Virus record (IMG/VR): IMGVR_UViG_3300035670_000221
Span: 1-60,804 of that record
Direction: 5' to 3' (one strand)
Source: a virus
Taxonomy: Duplodnaviria > Caudoviricetes
DNA: 60,804 nt
Numbering within the stretch: the first letter of the stretch is position 1; every line of letters starts with the position of its first letter. Made by a program: the position numbers and the translations under genes. Shown here piece by piece: positions 24,941-36,500 of the stretch. The notes beneath the pieces were generated by a model. That model had not been told where the DNA came from and did no database searches. It was given only the letters and a program-made list of their open reading frames with translations.

Positions 24941-25582
24941 ATGGCAGACGCAATCAATACTGGTAATCCCGTAACAACAGCGTTCGTAGTTAACAAGTAC
25001 GACGATATTGACGGTGCTAATATAAACCAGGAAACACCAAGAGGACGATTAGCGTTCCGAGACACTAATGGAAGAATGACACTTCCACGAACAACAGCAG
25101 AAGCAAACAAGGCTATGTTCCCCGTGGATTGGCCTAAGCCATTAAACCCTGCTCCATATTTCGATGGACCGGGACTAAACGGCACAACACTATATCCATT
25201 CAGCGATGGATCGAAGGATGCATCAGAGTCAACATACACTATGGACCCTGACCTAGCATTTTCTACTCCATGGCCCGCAGCAATTAAGCAGTATGATCTT
25301 CCCCCAGCACTCTATGGCCTACCAGTAACTTCTGGTAATAAGTGCCTAGTGTATGACGGTGGAGTATTCACATATGGCTCAGGCGCATATACCGGAGTTA
25401 TCTCTGACTATGTAATTGGCTCACCTGTGTATGCTGCATTTGATAGTGGCAATGAAGGAAAGATTGCTTATACAGTTTCAGGAGTAGCAACTGCTCGCTC
25501 TGTCGGTACAGTTTATTCTAAGGAAGTCTTTGGCGACCTAACTGTAACTGTTAAGTTAAAGGGTGTAGACGGTTTACTATAA
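24941..25582 (+). CDS. Capsid decoration/cement protein
   Basis: AAGGAGG RBS, lies between scaffold and capsid genes, Pro/Gly-rich beta protein. Confidence 0.6.
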   Translation: MADAINTGNPVTTAFVVNKYDDIDGANINQETPRGRLAFRDTNGRMTLPRTTAEANKAMFPVDWPKPLNPAPYFDGPGLNGTTLYPFSDGSKDASESTYTMDPDLAFSTPWPAAIKQYDLPPALYGLPVTSGNKCLVYDGGVFTYGSGAYTGVISDYVIGSPVYAAFDSGNEGKIAYTVSGVATARSVGTVYSKEVFGDLTVTVKLKGVDGLL

Positions 25583-25618
25583 TAATAGAAATCTAACAAA
25601 AGGAGGCGACGACTAGAG

Positions 25619-26614
25619 ATGAAGCAACTAACTCCCGAAATGCGAACAGCACTTGCTGAATTAGCGAAGAAAGATAAGAATGCTTTCGCACAGGTTATTA
25701 CAGAATATGTTGACCCCGTGTATCTGACATTCGATCTTGTAGGCCAGTTTATGGGCACAAGAGAGATGCAGTTCGGTGATATTTTGGTTAAGCGATTCAA
25801 GGGCAAGTATAATGTCCAGCAGATCGTACCCGGCCAGATTACACTAGGTCAGCAAATTTCAGTCCGAGACAAGGCAATGAGTATCAACCTAGATATCTTG
25901 TCTGCAAAGGCTGAATACAACACACTAGAATTAGAGCATGGTGGCCCAGCATTTACACCAGAGGCAGTACGACGAGACATTCAGGCGGCTCTTAATGAGA
26001 AGCTTGTTCTACGAACATGGAATGCTCTAGGAAATATCTGGACTACAGGAAATGCATCGGCACTAACAATTCCAGGCTCGGCTTATTCTAACTTTATTGA
26101 TGCAAGTGGAGAGCTTACTTCTACTGCTCTAGATAACGCAATCGACCATACCAATTATTGGGCTGGAAGCGTGCGGGCAATTATCGGAACAGAGGCAGCA
26201 TTAGCACCACTATCAACATTTGGTCAGTACAAGATCGTATCAAGTACAAATAATGTTGACTCGTATGTAACAATCAATGGACAGCCCTCAGGTACATTCC
26301 AGAATGTATCTCCATATGGCGACGGACCTAAGATTGTTGAGTCATATCGAGGCGTAAACAATATTGTTCGATTAAAGCAAATCTTCGACAATAGCGAATA
26401 CCCACCAAAGCCACTTCTACCTTCGGACTTTATTCTTGTAGTAGGAGACAATGTAGGCGAATTTATTACCTACGGTGGACCACAGTTTAAGGAATATGTT
26501 GATAACCGACCAACTCCTCCATACTGGAATTATGAAACATGGATTCAGTTTGGTATGATGATCTGGAATGCCCGAGGCATCACCAAGATCAAGGTTACTT
26601 CAAGCGTTCCGTGA
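25619..26614 (+). CDS. Major capsid protein (HK97 fold likely)
   Basis: 331 aa, AGGAGG RBS, synteny, followed by a terminator. Confidence 0.8.
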   Translation: MKQLTPEMRTALAELAKKDKNAFAQVITEYVDPVYLTFDLVGQFMGTREMQFGDILVKRFKGKYNVQQIVPGQITLGQQISVRDKAMSINLDILSAKAEYNTLELEHGGPAFTPEAVRRDIQAALNEKLVLRTWNALGNIWTTGNASALTIPGSAYSNFIDASGELTSTALDNAIDHTNYWAGSVRAIIGTEAALAPLSTFGQYKIVSSTNNVDSYVTINGQPSGTFQNVSPYGDGPKIVESYRGVNNIVRLKQIFDNSEYPPKPLLPSDFILVVGDNVGEFITYGGPQFKEYVDNRPTPPYWNYETWIQFGMMIWNARGITKIKVTSSVP

Positions 26615-26651
26615 TAGCCCATAGTATAGGGTAACTGAATATTAAATAGTT

Positions 26652-26698
26652 GGGGCCATTCGGTCATTATCAAATGGCCGAGTGGCCCTTCATTTTTA
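26652..26698 (+). terminator. Terminator hairpin after capsid gene
   Basis: GGGCCATTCGGTCATT...AATGGCCGAGTGGCCC plus T-rich tail. Confidence 0.7.
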
Positions 26699-26737
26699 TT
26701 AGAAGACGATCAGCATCTATAGGGTGCCAGGAGATTT

Positions 26738-27172
26738 ATGATGACTAGCTTGATTTATTACAAGAAGAATGTACCATTTAATGTTGGTATTAGATTTCAC
26801 ATCAGGGATAACGACGGTATGGTTCTTTCTAACCAGTATCCGTTCGTAGCAATTGAGCCAGAGAAGTTGCGAGACTTTATGATGGCTAACAAAGGCTCAA
26901 TTGAGAGAGGGCTTATTATTAAAACAGAAGAGCCTGACCTTAACATCAATAATGCTAATACGATTGATGATGAGCAAGCGGCACAGATAGTTAAGAATGT
27001 ATTTGTGCTTAAGAAGAAGCTAACAGAAATTTCATCGGAGACTGCGCTACTTAAATTATACGAAGCAGCAAAGTCACAGCGGCGATCAACCAAAGTGTTA
27101 GAGATGATAGAAGAGAGGTTAGCAGAAATTTCACCATTACTAATGCAGGGAATAACAACGGGAAGTGAGTAA
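26738..27172 (+). CDS. Hypothetical head-associated protein
   Basis: AGGAG RBS. Position after capsid gene. Confidence 0.6.
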   Translation: MMTSLIYYKKNVPFNVGIRFHIRDNDGMVLSNQYPFVAIEPEKLRDFMMANKGSIERGLIIKTEEPDLNINNANTIDDEQAAQIVKNVFVLKKKLTEISSETALLKLYEAAKSQRRSTKVLEMIEERLAEISPLLMQGITTGSE

Positions 27173-27177
27173 GCCCT

Positions 27178-27645
27178 ATGAATCTACTTGACTTGGTTCC
27201 ACAATTTAAGCGCCACCTTGGTCAGTACCAAGATACAACAAAGGATACTGATTCTACATTGGCTGCTTATCTTGCTGACGCAGTAGAAGCTTTACAATTT
27301 AGGTGGTCTAGGACTTATGCAATTACCTATACTGCTCCTAATTCATACGCTGTAGAGCCGGCGATTGCTAGCAAAGATAGACGGCCCATCATACTTATGG
27401 CTTCAATTATTTATAAGATGGGTAATCTCCAACTAGCAGGATTTAGGGACCAAGATTTCTCCTACGATCCACAGCAGGGACGACAGAATCCTATTCAAGT
27501 AGATGTTGAAGAACTGGCACGGTTTCTGCCAATATATAGATTAGCGAGAGCAAAGACCGCTTCGCTACGCGGATACAATAACGCGGTTAATCCTGAATCA
27601 TATCTAGGTGTACTGTATTCAGGAGGATATTATTACACACCGTAA
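27178..27645 (+). CDS. Head-tail adaptor
   Basis: Helical N-terminus DTDSTLAAYLADAV, FSY motif, synteny. Confidence 0.6.
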   Translation: MNLLDLVPQFKRHLGQYQDTTKDTDSTLAAYLADAVEALQFRWSRTYAITYTAPNSYAVEPAIASKDRRPIILMASIIYKMGNLQLAGFRDQDFSYDPQQGRQNPIQVDVEELARFLPIYRLARAKTASLRGYNNAVNPESYLGVLYSGGYYYTP

Positions 27646-27656
27646 TGAGGTAAGGT

Positions 27657-28307
27657 ATGGTAACAATTTGCATCCCGACATATTTCGGCCCGCCCTTGGT
27701 TACAAATTGTGTGACTTCAATCATGGACAATGTAACCAATCCTATTATCATGGTATATAAGAATGATGTAGGCTGGCTTAAAGCATGTAATGAATTAATG
27801 TGGGCAACAACAACAGATATTATTCTATTAAACGATGATACTGTTGTTACATCAGATATTGTACAAGAAATGAAATCCCTTGCATATTCGGATGACCGTA
27901 TCGGAATTGTAGGAGGAAAGTCCCTGTCTCCTGATGGGGAACACATCAATAACTTTGGAATATATGTTGGATCAGATGGGAATACAGCACATAAATACTT
28001 TGGAGAATTAAAGGATAAAATTACGGAGCCTGTTACTCAGAAGTCAGTCGAAGGGTCATGTATGTATATTAAGAGAGAAGTTATTGATGCGATTGGCGTA
28101 TTCGATGAAAACTTTGGAATGGGCTACAGAGAAGAAGTTGATTATTGTTTTAGAGCAAGGGAAGCAGGGTACAAGATAGTATCCTCTCCTAAGGCAGAGT
28201 ACATACACTTGGTCAATCAAACTCATGGGCGATTGAATGTCCAGAATGACAAGTATGCGTACTTCATGGAAAAGTGGGGCGACAAACTCGCCACAGGAAA
28301 GATATAA
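27657..28307 (+). CDS. Glycosyltransferase family 2
   Basis: ICIPTY, IILLNDD, GSCMYIKREV..IG.FDE.F, EEVDYCFRA..AG. Confidence 0.92.
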   Translation: MVTICIPTYFGPPLVTNCVTSIMDNVTNPIIMVYKNDVGWLKACNELMWATTTDIILLNDDTVVTSDIVQEMKSLAYSDDRIGIVGGKSLSPDGEHINNFGIYVGSDGNTAHKYFGELKDKITEPVTQKSVEGSCMYIKREVIDAIGVFDENFGMGYREEVDYCFRAREAGYKIVSSPKAEYIHLVNQTHGRLNVQNDKYAYFMEKWGDKLATGKI

Positions 28308-28318
28308 GGAGTAAAGGA

Positions 28319-29296
28319 ATGGGAAGGAATCCACAGCGAGGCGACTTAGCAATTTTCTACGGTGATAAGCGCAACAATGGTCAATATGATAATGGGGTCT
28401 GGATGGATATATTGGATATCCCCTATCTCCAAAGACTAGATGAATCAAAAGATTTTAATACTGTCATCCGAACATTATGGCTGGATGCGATTGGTTGGAG
28501 CAAAGAAATACGCTCACGGTATCCCGAAGTGGTGCAAATAGGGCTATCAGATCATCCGTTATCTACCCATATAAGTCGGCTGCCAGCCGATAAGCAGCTT
28601 GAATACATTCAGGATTTGCAGTACTTGGACGGCATTATGGCTCTTACAGAAGAAGAAAAGAGTTGGTACCAATATGCCGTTCCGTCTATCCCTGTAATCA
28701 AAGCTGGCCTACCATTTCCTGTAGAGAAATATGAGAAACAATATGGTCATCTACGGGACTCTGAGAAAGAGTTTATTGGTTTAGGTGTGGGTGCGGCAGA
28801 CAATGACAGGAACTTTATTTCGAATCTCCTAGTATTTAGAGAGCTTCGGAGAAGGAATCCTAATCTTGTCGGGGTGTTTCTATCTATCCCGCATCAGTTG
28901 ATGAATTATTGCACCTATATGGCTGATAACTTTGACGGAGTATATATCCATCAGCGGGAAAATATGGAATCCTATATGGAAATGCTTTCTAGATGCAAAC
29001 TCGTCATAAGTATGGCAGATAGAAACACACCCGGCAGAATACAAGGCGAAGCAGCGTTCTTACAAATTCCAGTTGTTGGTTCTAACAGGCTGGAATTACA
29101 GAGCGAGTTATATCCTGATCTAGCAGTTTCTCCGTTCGATGTAGAGGGCGCAGTAGAAGCAGCGAATAGAATACTAACAACAGATGAAGGAGAAATTATT
29201 TCTTCTGTCGCATACGATAGATTAGTTTCTAGATATGATTACGAACCTAGCAGAAAGAAGTTTGAAGACTTACTAGCAAAAATAAGAGGCGAGTAA
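28319..29296 (+). CDS. GT-B (GT4-like) glycosyltransferase
   Basis: AAGGAG RBS. C-terminal GRIQGEAAFLQIPVVGS motif. Confidence 0.7.
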   Translation: MGRNPQRGDLAIFYGDKRNNGQYDNGVWMDILDIPYLQRLDESKDFNTVIRTLWLDAIGWSKEIRSRYPEVVQIGLSDHPLSTHISRLPADKQLEYIQDLQYLDGIMALTEEEKSWYQYAVPSIPVIKAGLPFPVEKYEKQYGHLRDSEKEFIGLGVGAADNDRNFISNLLVFRELRRRNPNLVGVFLSIPHQLMNYCTYMADNFDGVYIHQRENMESYMEMLSRCKLVISMADRNTPGRIQGEAAFLQIPVVGSNRLELQSELYPDLAVSPFDVEGAVEAANRILTTDEGEIISSVAYDRLVSRYDYEPSRKKFEDLLAKIRGE

Positions 29297-29297
29297 T

Positions 29298-29768
29298 GTG
29301 CCGTTAATAATTAAGGTAAACCGTGATTGGGTAAAGAGAAACATAGACGACGGTAGAAAGAGCATTGGTCGCAATGTGACCTTCTACAATGTCGCACAAG
29401 CGCCGTGTAGCCTCTGTACGGCCTCTGGATACTATGACACGGTAAATGATACCACTTTCTATTTTAATTGCCCTGTGTGCAATGGACAGTACTATATAAA
29501 TACGGAAGTAGGTACAGAAGTACTAGCCCGAGTAAGGTGGTCAAATGACCAAGCAATTACTGCAACCCCAGGCGGGCGTTATTATATTGGGGATGCCACC
29601 GCTACCATAGAGGATAAATATCTATCGGTAGCGGAGGCTGCATTTAATGACACCGGCAAGGTTGTTGTCGATGACAAAGAAATGCAGATTATAAAGATTA
29701 TTCCTGAGGGCGCAATGGAAATCAATAGATATAAAGTAATATTAAAGGCTTATGGAGATAGAACATAG
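29298..29768 (+). CDS. Head closure/stopper protein with zinc-finger insertion
   Basis: GRNVTFY...CSLC...CPVCNG...GDAT. Synteny. Confidence 0.6.
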   Translation: MPLIIKVNRDWVKRNIDDGRKSIGRNVTFYNVAQAPCSLCTASGYYDTVNDTTFYFNCPVCNGQYYINTEVGTEVLARVRWSNDQAITATPGGRYYIGDATATIEDKYLSVAEAAFNDTGKVVVDDKEMQIIKIIPEGAMEINRYKVILKAYGDRT

Positions 29769-29788
29769 GAAAGGAAAGGAGATAAAAT

Positions 29789-30046
29789 ATGCAACCAAAT
29801 ATAGTTGTTTGTCCTTATTGTGATAAGGATTTTATTTATAATAAGGTAAATGGTATCTCACTAATACAAGCGGCGCAGGATATCGAGGCCCGTAAGAGGG
29901 TTTACATCAAACTAATGTTAGATATGTTACAAGATAGGCTCGATCCCAAAGAGTTTCCAGTAGTAAAGAAAATAGTCCTAGATCATTTCAATGATATGAT
30001 TCGTGATGTTCATACGATTACGGGGTTTGGGACAGAAGCAGAGTAG
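29789..30046 (+). CDS. Hypothetical protein
   Basis: AGGAG RBS, 85 aa, CPYC. Confidence 0.6.
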   Translation: MQPNIVVCPYCDKDFIYNKVNGISLIQAAQDIEARKRVYIKLMLDMLQDRLDPKEFPVVKKIVLDHFNDMIRDVHTITGFGTEAE

Positions 30047-30056
30047 GTGATCGGTA

Positions 30057-30755
30057 ATGCTAGGCTACCAAATCGATATGTCAGATGTGGAAGTCTTCGT
30101 TAACCGAATGGCTTGGGAAGGTGACGCCGCAACAGCGTTATTCTTTAAGTTAGCAGAACCTATTGTTCAAGCAATAATTGTCGAAACAATAGAGGAAGTA
30201 TCTACGATAGCGGGGGATGAGGGCTTTCCGCCTGAATACTCTTCTCATTTAATTGAACAAGTTATTATAAGTTCACCTACTAGAACAGGACCGGACGGTA
30301 TAACGGTGGACTTTACTTTGCTTGGAACCTATGAGCATTACGCAATGGGTTTCCACAGGCACGCAATTAGCGATGATAATCAAAGGATTGAGTTACCTTA
30401 TGCTAACCAGCCTCTTAAGAATGACATAGATGTAAGACAAACATTTTGGGAAGATAAAGTTGCGGGTACATTCCTGTACGAAGATACTATCCAAAATAGA
30501 GTCGAGGTTTGGGCAAGCCTAGGTGTGGCCCCTGAATGGTGGGTGCTACAAAATGGATCGGACTCTGATCCCTATGTAACACCTAGACCACTAGCAGAAA
30601 TAGTTTCAAGAAAACTGGAAGGCCCACTAGCAGCACTCTATGAAGAGACTATGCAAATGGCTGTTGATAGAGCAGATCATGGATGGGCTACTACCCCAAC
30701 AGGTGGACTAAGATATAATGTTCGTGGTGCCAAGGGACAATTTGTAAAGAGGTAA
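30057..30755 (+). CDS. Neck/tail completion protein
   Basis: Synteny between closure and terminator genes. Confidence 0.5.
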   Translation: MLGYQIDMSDVEVFVNRMAWEGDAATALFFKLAEPIVQAIIVETIEEVSTIAGDEGFPPEYSSHLIEQVIISSPTRTGPDGITVDFTLLGTYEHYAMGFHRHAISDDNQRIELPYANQPLKNDIDVRQTFWEDKVAGTFLYEDTIQNRVEVWASLGVAPEWWVLQNGSDSDPYVTPRPLAEIVSRKLEGPLAALYEETMQMAVDRADHGWATTPTGGLRYNVRGAKGQFVKR

Positions 30756-30759
30756 TGAT

Positions 30760-31212
30760 ATGCCAAAGAGTAAATACATGGAAAGGCGATCACTCAGAAA
30801 CGAGTTATCGACCTACCTTACAGCGCAAGGCTGGACGGGAATTAATTATGAGGAAGGTTTCCTCAAAGACGAGGCAATTGTGGTCCCATGTGTTTCGGTA
30901 CATTTTCTACCCTCTAACTTTAAGGCACTACAAATGGGGCGCGATAATTCTAATAGTATTAGACGAGTAGTACAGATAGATTGCTACATGGAAAGCGAGC
31001 CTCGCGCAGATGCAATCTCTGATGTAATTGCTGACTTCATAGAAATAACCACAGTATCTATCAAGGATCAATCTGACACCGAGATAGGTGTAATGACTTC
31101 GGAGACTGAAACAATAAGTTGGCAGACCGTGCCCCCGATATTGAACAAACCGAAGATTATTAGATGGCGAGCAATTGTTAGAGCAACATTTAATTCGTAT
31201 TATTATGAGTAG
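30760..31212 (+). CDS. Tail terminator protein
   Basis: 150 aa before tail tube, VPCVSV...VQIDCY pattern. Confidence 0.65.
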   Translation: MPKSKYMERRSLRNELSTYLTAQGWTGINYEEGFLKDEAIVVPCVSVHFLPSNFKALQMGRDNSNSIRRVVQIDCYMESEPRADAISDVIADFIEITTVSIKDQSDTEIGVMTSETETISWQTVPPILNKPKIIRWRAIVRATFNSYYYE

Positions 31213-31291
31213 TCCGACACACAAATAGGGCGGACTCTTTGGAAAAGGAAAAGGTTACATATTAATTTAATTTAAAGGAGGAAGAGTACGC

Positions 31292-32482
31292 ATGGCTAGA
31301 CGACCAAGAATTCACTCTAGAGATATTCAGCCAATGCTTGCTACACCTAAGGGACTATTAACTGTAGCCCGAGTGCAGCGATTTGATTGGCCGATGAACC
31401 TACCTACAGAAACCATTGACGAACTAGGTCGAAAACTTCATGTAGGCAAGACACAGCAAACACCAGAGGTAACAGTAACAGTTGAGGCATTCGATGTATC
31501 TCACAATACTATTGCCCACCTTACTGGTTATACCCCAGCAACATTCCCAACAGCGTCGGGTGTGTCGATTACTGATCTAAAGCAAGTCGATGTTATTGGA
31601 CAGATCAGAGATACAAGTACACTTAATATTGTTAACGCTCTTTATGTAAAGAGAGGCACAATTACAGGAATGGACGCTTCGTTTGGTGTCCGAGATAATT
31701 CAACAATCACATATACTATATCATCAAACAGTAAGAAAGAATTTAAGAATCCTGTTTACTATGAGCAGTTTACATTAGCATCAGGTAATGCAACAGTTTC
31801 GCTATCGCAGACACCTGTGTTCCTACCAGTAACATCAGGATATGTTGCAGGAGCATATAAGACTTCTACAGCAGGAGTTGGACTATACCTAGACGAGTAT
31901 ACAGACTTTAATATAACAGGCTCTAACTTAACATTCACAGGCACAGGAACAGCGACCGGAGATGTTGTTTGGGTTACATACACAAGCACAGCACCTAAGC
32001 AGTTTAATGCGCTAAACGATACAGATGCAGCAGCAATTCAGGGCAAGTATGTTCCGCTACAGATTTCGGTAAGTACAATTCCGAGAGCGCAGAGCGCAAC
32101 AATTAGACTTGCTTATGATATTGAAACACTATACGAACTAGGTGGACTAGGAAAGCCAATCGGAAATGAATTGGGCGTACCAAATGTTACCGGCGATGTT
32201 AGTGTTCTAAAAACAGACAACGAGTTAGTTAATCTTTTAACGGGTCAGGCAGCAGATGCCCCTGAGACAGATATCGAATATGCAAAGAACAATTTGCCTC
32301 TTAAGATTTCTCTCAAAGACCCAAGAGATACAGCCAAGATACTTCTTACTTACTATGTGCCATCGATTACGATCACAAGTGAAGGAGATTCGTCAACAGT
32401 TAACCAGTCAGTAACAGAGACATTTGCATGGGAGTCAACAACGGGCGACCTATACATTGCATCTGGTGCTGGACCTTGGTGA
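31292..32482 (+). CDS. Major tail tube protein
   Basis: AAGGAGG RBS, ETIDELG and ETLYELGG motifs, central beta insertion, followed by a terminator. Confidence 0.78.
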   Translation: MARRPRIHSRDIQPMLATPKGLLTVARVQRFDWPMNLPTETIDELGRKLHVGKTQQTPEVTVTVEAFDVSHNTIAHLTGYTPATFPTASGVSITDLKQVDVIGQIRDTSTLNIVNALYVKRGTITGMDASFGVRDNSTITYTISSNSKKEFKNPVYYEQFTLASGNATVSLSQTPVFLPVTSGYVAGAYKTSTAGVGLYLDEYTDFNITGSNLTFTGTGTATGDVVWVTYTSTAPKQFNALNDTDAAAIQGKYVPLQISVSTIPRAQSATIRLAYDIETLYELGGLGKPIGNELGVPNVTGDVSVLKTDNELVNLLTGQAADAPETDIEYAKNNLPLKISLKDPRDTAKILLTYYVPSITITSEGDSSTVNQSVTETFAWESTTGDLYIASGAGPW

Positions 32483-32527
32483 AATTAAATTGCGTTAATT
32501 GGGAAGTTTAATTACTTAAACTCTAAA

Positions 32528-32567
32528 GGGGAGCAGGGCAGTAATGTCCCTGCTCCCCTATTATTTT
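32528..32567 (+). terminator. Terminator after tail tube gene
   Basis: GGGGAGCAGGGCA-gtaa-TGTCCCTGCTCCCC plus TATTATTTT. Confidence 0.8.
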
Positions 32568-32582
32568 AATTAGGAGAAGGAA

Positions 32583-33293
32583 ATGGTATCGATACTAGAT
32601 TTATTTAAATATAAGAAGCCAGTAGAAATAAAGGACGAGAAGGGCGAAGTAGTTGCGACGGTTTGGGTTAGGGTATTAGGAGATTGGGACTTAGACCAAG
32701 CCTATCGGGCTGGGCGCATTAAGTCTTCAAAGGTCAGAAAAGAATTACGCGATACCTCGTCAGATGAATACTTCGCAGAGATAGCAATCATTGAAGAGGG
32801 ATCAACCGAAGACCTGACTGCCTTAGTCAAGCAGTCAAAGCAGACAGACTTTTATGCTATGGCCCAATCTGCAATTGATAGAGAGGACATACCAAAGATC
32901 GAGGATTTTGCAGTCGATCCAGATGCTCCAACGCTAGAGGAACAGGAGCGCAAGGATATTGATGAGTTAGATCGAGAATTAAAATACCAGCAGAAGATAA
33001 AGGATTTTGTTGATACAAAAAATCTCGAGCTAGACGAGCAACTTAAGCAATTAGGTAGAGAGGAATTAGTTGAGGCCGCAAAGAAAGCACTTACAGACCT
33101 ACGGGCATTAAGTGCATTCATTGATGAAGTGTTGGACCAGAAGGTATTTAGGGGCACTTACACAGACAAGGAATGCAAGAACCGGGCCTTTAAGGAATAT
33201 GAAGATTACTTAAATGAACACGGACTAGTAAAGAATCAACTACGAACAGCCTACCAAAGCCTGGAGTTAAACCCCGAAGATATAAAAAACTAG
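32583..33293 (+). CDS. Tail assembly chaperone (gpG-like)
   Basis: Acidic helical protein between tail tube and tape measure. Ends ...DIKN*. Confidence 0.75.
   Translation: MVSILDLFKYKKPVEIKDEKGEVVATVWVRVLGDWDLDQAYRAGRIKSSKVRKELRDTSSDEYFAEIAIIEEGSTEDLTALVKQSKQTDFYAMAQSAIDREDIPKIEDFAVDPDAPTLEEQERKDIDELDRELKYQQKIKDFVDTKNLELDEQLKQLGREELVEAAKKALTDLRALSAFIDEVLDQKVFRGTYTDKECKNRAFKEYEDYLNEHGLVKNQLRTAYQSLELNPEDIKN
33284..33290 (+). other. -1 programmed frameshift heptamer A AAA AAC
   Basis: Directly before TAG. The -1 frame (CTA GCA GAG GGT GGC TTG) joins ORF 33305..33583. Confidence 0.8.
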
Positions 33294-33583
33294 CAGAGGG
33301 TGGCTTGGCAGGAATGGCCTTAGCCGCCCACAAGCAAACAGGGCTACCCTTCGCAGAAGATATAGAGATAACGGCTGACCTCCCACACACTATATCCTAC
33401 TTGATAATGTATGCGGCTAAGTTGGAATCGTTCAACGAATTAACAGAAGATAAGAAGCCGCCGCGAGGTATTTGGGATAAACCCTATAAGTTAAAGGAAT
33501 TTTTCGATGAAGTATTTAAGACTGATAGTAATAAGGATCGTGAATCTTTATCTATTCAGTTTAACCCGGAGGAAGTGGAATAG
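33290..33583 (+). CDS. Frameshifted chaperone extension (gpT-like)
   Basis: Open -1 frame ending 3 nt before the tape measure gene. Confidence 0.72.
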   Translation, partial: LAEGGLAGMALAAHKQTGLPFAEDIEITADLPHTISYLIMYAAKLESFNELTEDKKPPRGIWDKPYKLKEFFDEVFKTDSNKDRESLSIQFNPEEVE

Positions 33584-33586
33584 CCG

Positions 33587-36500
33587 ATGCCTGATGTAGT
33601 CTTTCGTATACGGTCAGAAGGAGATATTAAACAATTTTTAGGCAGTATTCAAAGTAGTGCCGATTCTTATATATCTCGTACAAATAGACAACTAGAGCAA
33701 TTATTTACTGGCCGTATGGGTAATATCTTCACGGGCGGTTTTGGTAATCAGGGTTCAGGATTTGGTAGATATGTCGATGGGTTTAAAGCGGTAGGTCCAG
33801 CCGTTAGGTCAGCATCTCTTGAAATAGATAGTTTTAATAATAGATTAAAAGCTGTAGCTGAAACTGGAGTACGGCTAAGTAACGGAGAATTTATTCCTAC
33901 AGGAAAAATTGAAACTTTTACCGGTAATGCGAAAGGTTATATCGATTCCCTAGAAAAGATAGCACAAGCAGAAACAAATTTAGCAAATACAAGAGCGTTT
34001 AATAAGCGTCAACAAACTAGGCTATCTGATACTTTAACTAGCACTACTGCTTCTGAAAGAGCAAGAATATCTCAACCTTTTAATACACAGATAGCAGAAT
34101 ATTCTGCTAATAGAGATATGTACTCTGCTGAACATCAGCGTCTTAAGGCTATGGTAGATGCTTATAAAAAGTTTGGCGCTCAAGTTCCCTCAGTTATTAA
34201 TTCAGAATATCAGCGAGTAACTAGGGCCATGAATGCCCAGGGGGCTTCTATTGCTAACGCTGGCAGAAGGATGCAAGCCGCTTTAGCTGCTGGGCTTAAT
34301 CCTACTAATAACCCTCAAATAGCGGGGGCATTAAGTAAATTAACGGCTTTCGGGCAAACAGCAGCGGAATCTGAAAGAGCTGCTGTATCAAGTTTACAGG
34401 CCGCTAGAGTTGCCTCTGCACAACAAATGAATGCTGTTCCCCCTGTTCCAGCTAATATAAAAGCTACTCTTGATTCCTCTACTCAACTTAAAAATATGCT
34501 ACTTAAAGCAGGACTCGGTGGCGGGCTTGGTACGGATACGCCTGGATTTGCTAAAGCAGTACAAGGCGCTAACTTTAGTGCCCCTTATCTTGATCTTGTA
34601 AAGGGCGTTACTAGGGTTAGTGGAGAATTTGAGACTGCTACCGGAAAAGCTGTAAGATTTGGTGCAGAGATAGATAAGAATGGAAAAGTATTAACACGCT
34701 TTGGTGGGCAACTATCAGGTGTCGGTAACTTCCTACGAATGATCCAGCGAGACTTTGTAAAAGTTATCGAGTGGACAGTTGCTACAACCGTAGTCTTCGC
34801 ATCGATGGGCGCAGCAATAAATACAATAAAGCAAATCAATGAAGTAGATAAACTATTACAGAGATTTGCTATTACTGCACAGATGACAGCCGAAGAGACT
34901 AGAGGTTACTTCTCAGAGTTAGCAAAGATTGCTTATCAGACAGCAACCCCTCTAAATGAAATGATCAAGGTTGCAGACGATATGGCTCTAGCGACTAGAA
35001 AGGCTGGACAAACTACACAAGAATGGACCCGACAAATTAGTGAGATGGGTAATGCCGTAGGCATTCTAACTAACATTGCGGGCATGGAGACTTCCCAAGC
35101 AGCAGATACATTAACTGCTACCATGAAACAATTAGGTGTCAGTACATCTGACCTTGTTCCTATCTTGAATAAGGTTTCTGCTGTAGCCGGTGGGCAGCAG
35201 CAAGCAATCTCTGATGTTATCAGAGGTCTAGCAGTAATGGCCGAAGCAGGAAAACAGGCTGGATTAACAATTGATCAGCAAATTGCTACTGTTCAAACTT
35301 TATCTCAGGTAACATCTAAATCCTCTGCCGAAGTTGCTACGGCATTTAAGAACCTAGTCGGATCAATTGACTCCCCAGGCTCTATTAAAATTCTAAGTGA
35401 GTTTGGTATTCAGGTACGGGACGCAGAAGGAAATGCCAGAAACTTCTTACAAATTTATAAGGATATTCAGGATGCAATGGATCAGGGTATTATTCCAGAA
35501 GGACGAATGAAAGAAGTTATCCGAGGAATATCTGGTGGTCCACGACGAGCGCCCGATGCTGCGGCGTTACTAAGTAATGTTAATACGATCTTTGAAGTAG
35601 AGGCTCAATCAGTTAATGCTGCTAATGAAGCATTACTAGCCAACGCCAAGATACTTGATACTAACAGCGCCAAGATTACCCAGTTACAGGTTAAACTAGA
35701 TGAGCTTGCATTTGAGAAGTTTGCTACAGTTATTAGAGAGAGCGTGGGCGATCTAGCAGGTATTTTTAAATCTATTCTAGATATTATTGGGGCAATTCCT
35801 AATGAGTGGCTTAAGTGGGGAGTACAAGTACTAGCCTTTATTGGAATTATAAAGGCCGTTAGTCTAGTTGCTAAGGGAATACAGGCTATAATTGCTTCGT
35901 TTGCTGGATTAATAGGCGCATCTGTTGTTCAAGCAAAAGCATTAGCAGGAGCATTGAACGGTACTGCCGCTGCTGCACGGGCTACTCAAGCGGGCCTAGG
36001 AGGGGGCGGAACTGGACCATTTGGATATGGGCCGCCAGCACCTAATCCTGCGGCGGGAGCAGCAGCAGGAGGACTATTTGCAAGGCTTAAAGATTTTGCA
36101 AAGGCCCCCGGATTAGGAGCAAGCGTTGGAACATTAGGAGTAGGGGCATTACTTGGAGCAGGGGTATCAGCGGCCTCGGGCGGGGATATATTTGAAACAA
36201 TAGGTAGCGGACTATCGGGTGCAGGAATGACTGCACTAGTTGCCCCGTTACCTATACCTCATATAAAAGCTTTAGGCGCAGCAGCACTTGCTTTAGGGAC
36301 GGCGTTACAATTTGTAGGAAATACTACAAAAGAGAATAAAAATGAATTAAACTCAAATACTGAGGCAGTATTAAATGCTGCAACAGCATATACAGAAGCC
36401 GACGCCACAATAAAGTCTTTAACAGAAACTCAGGCTAAACTAATAGATCAAACAAATTTCTTACGCAATGATAAAACAGAAGAAGGAATGAATGCTAGAA

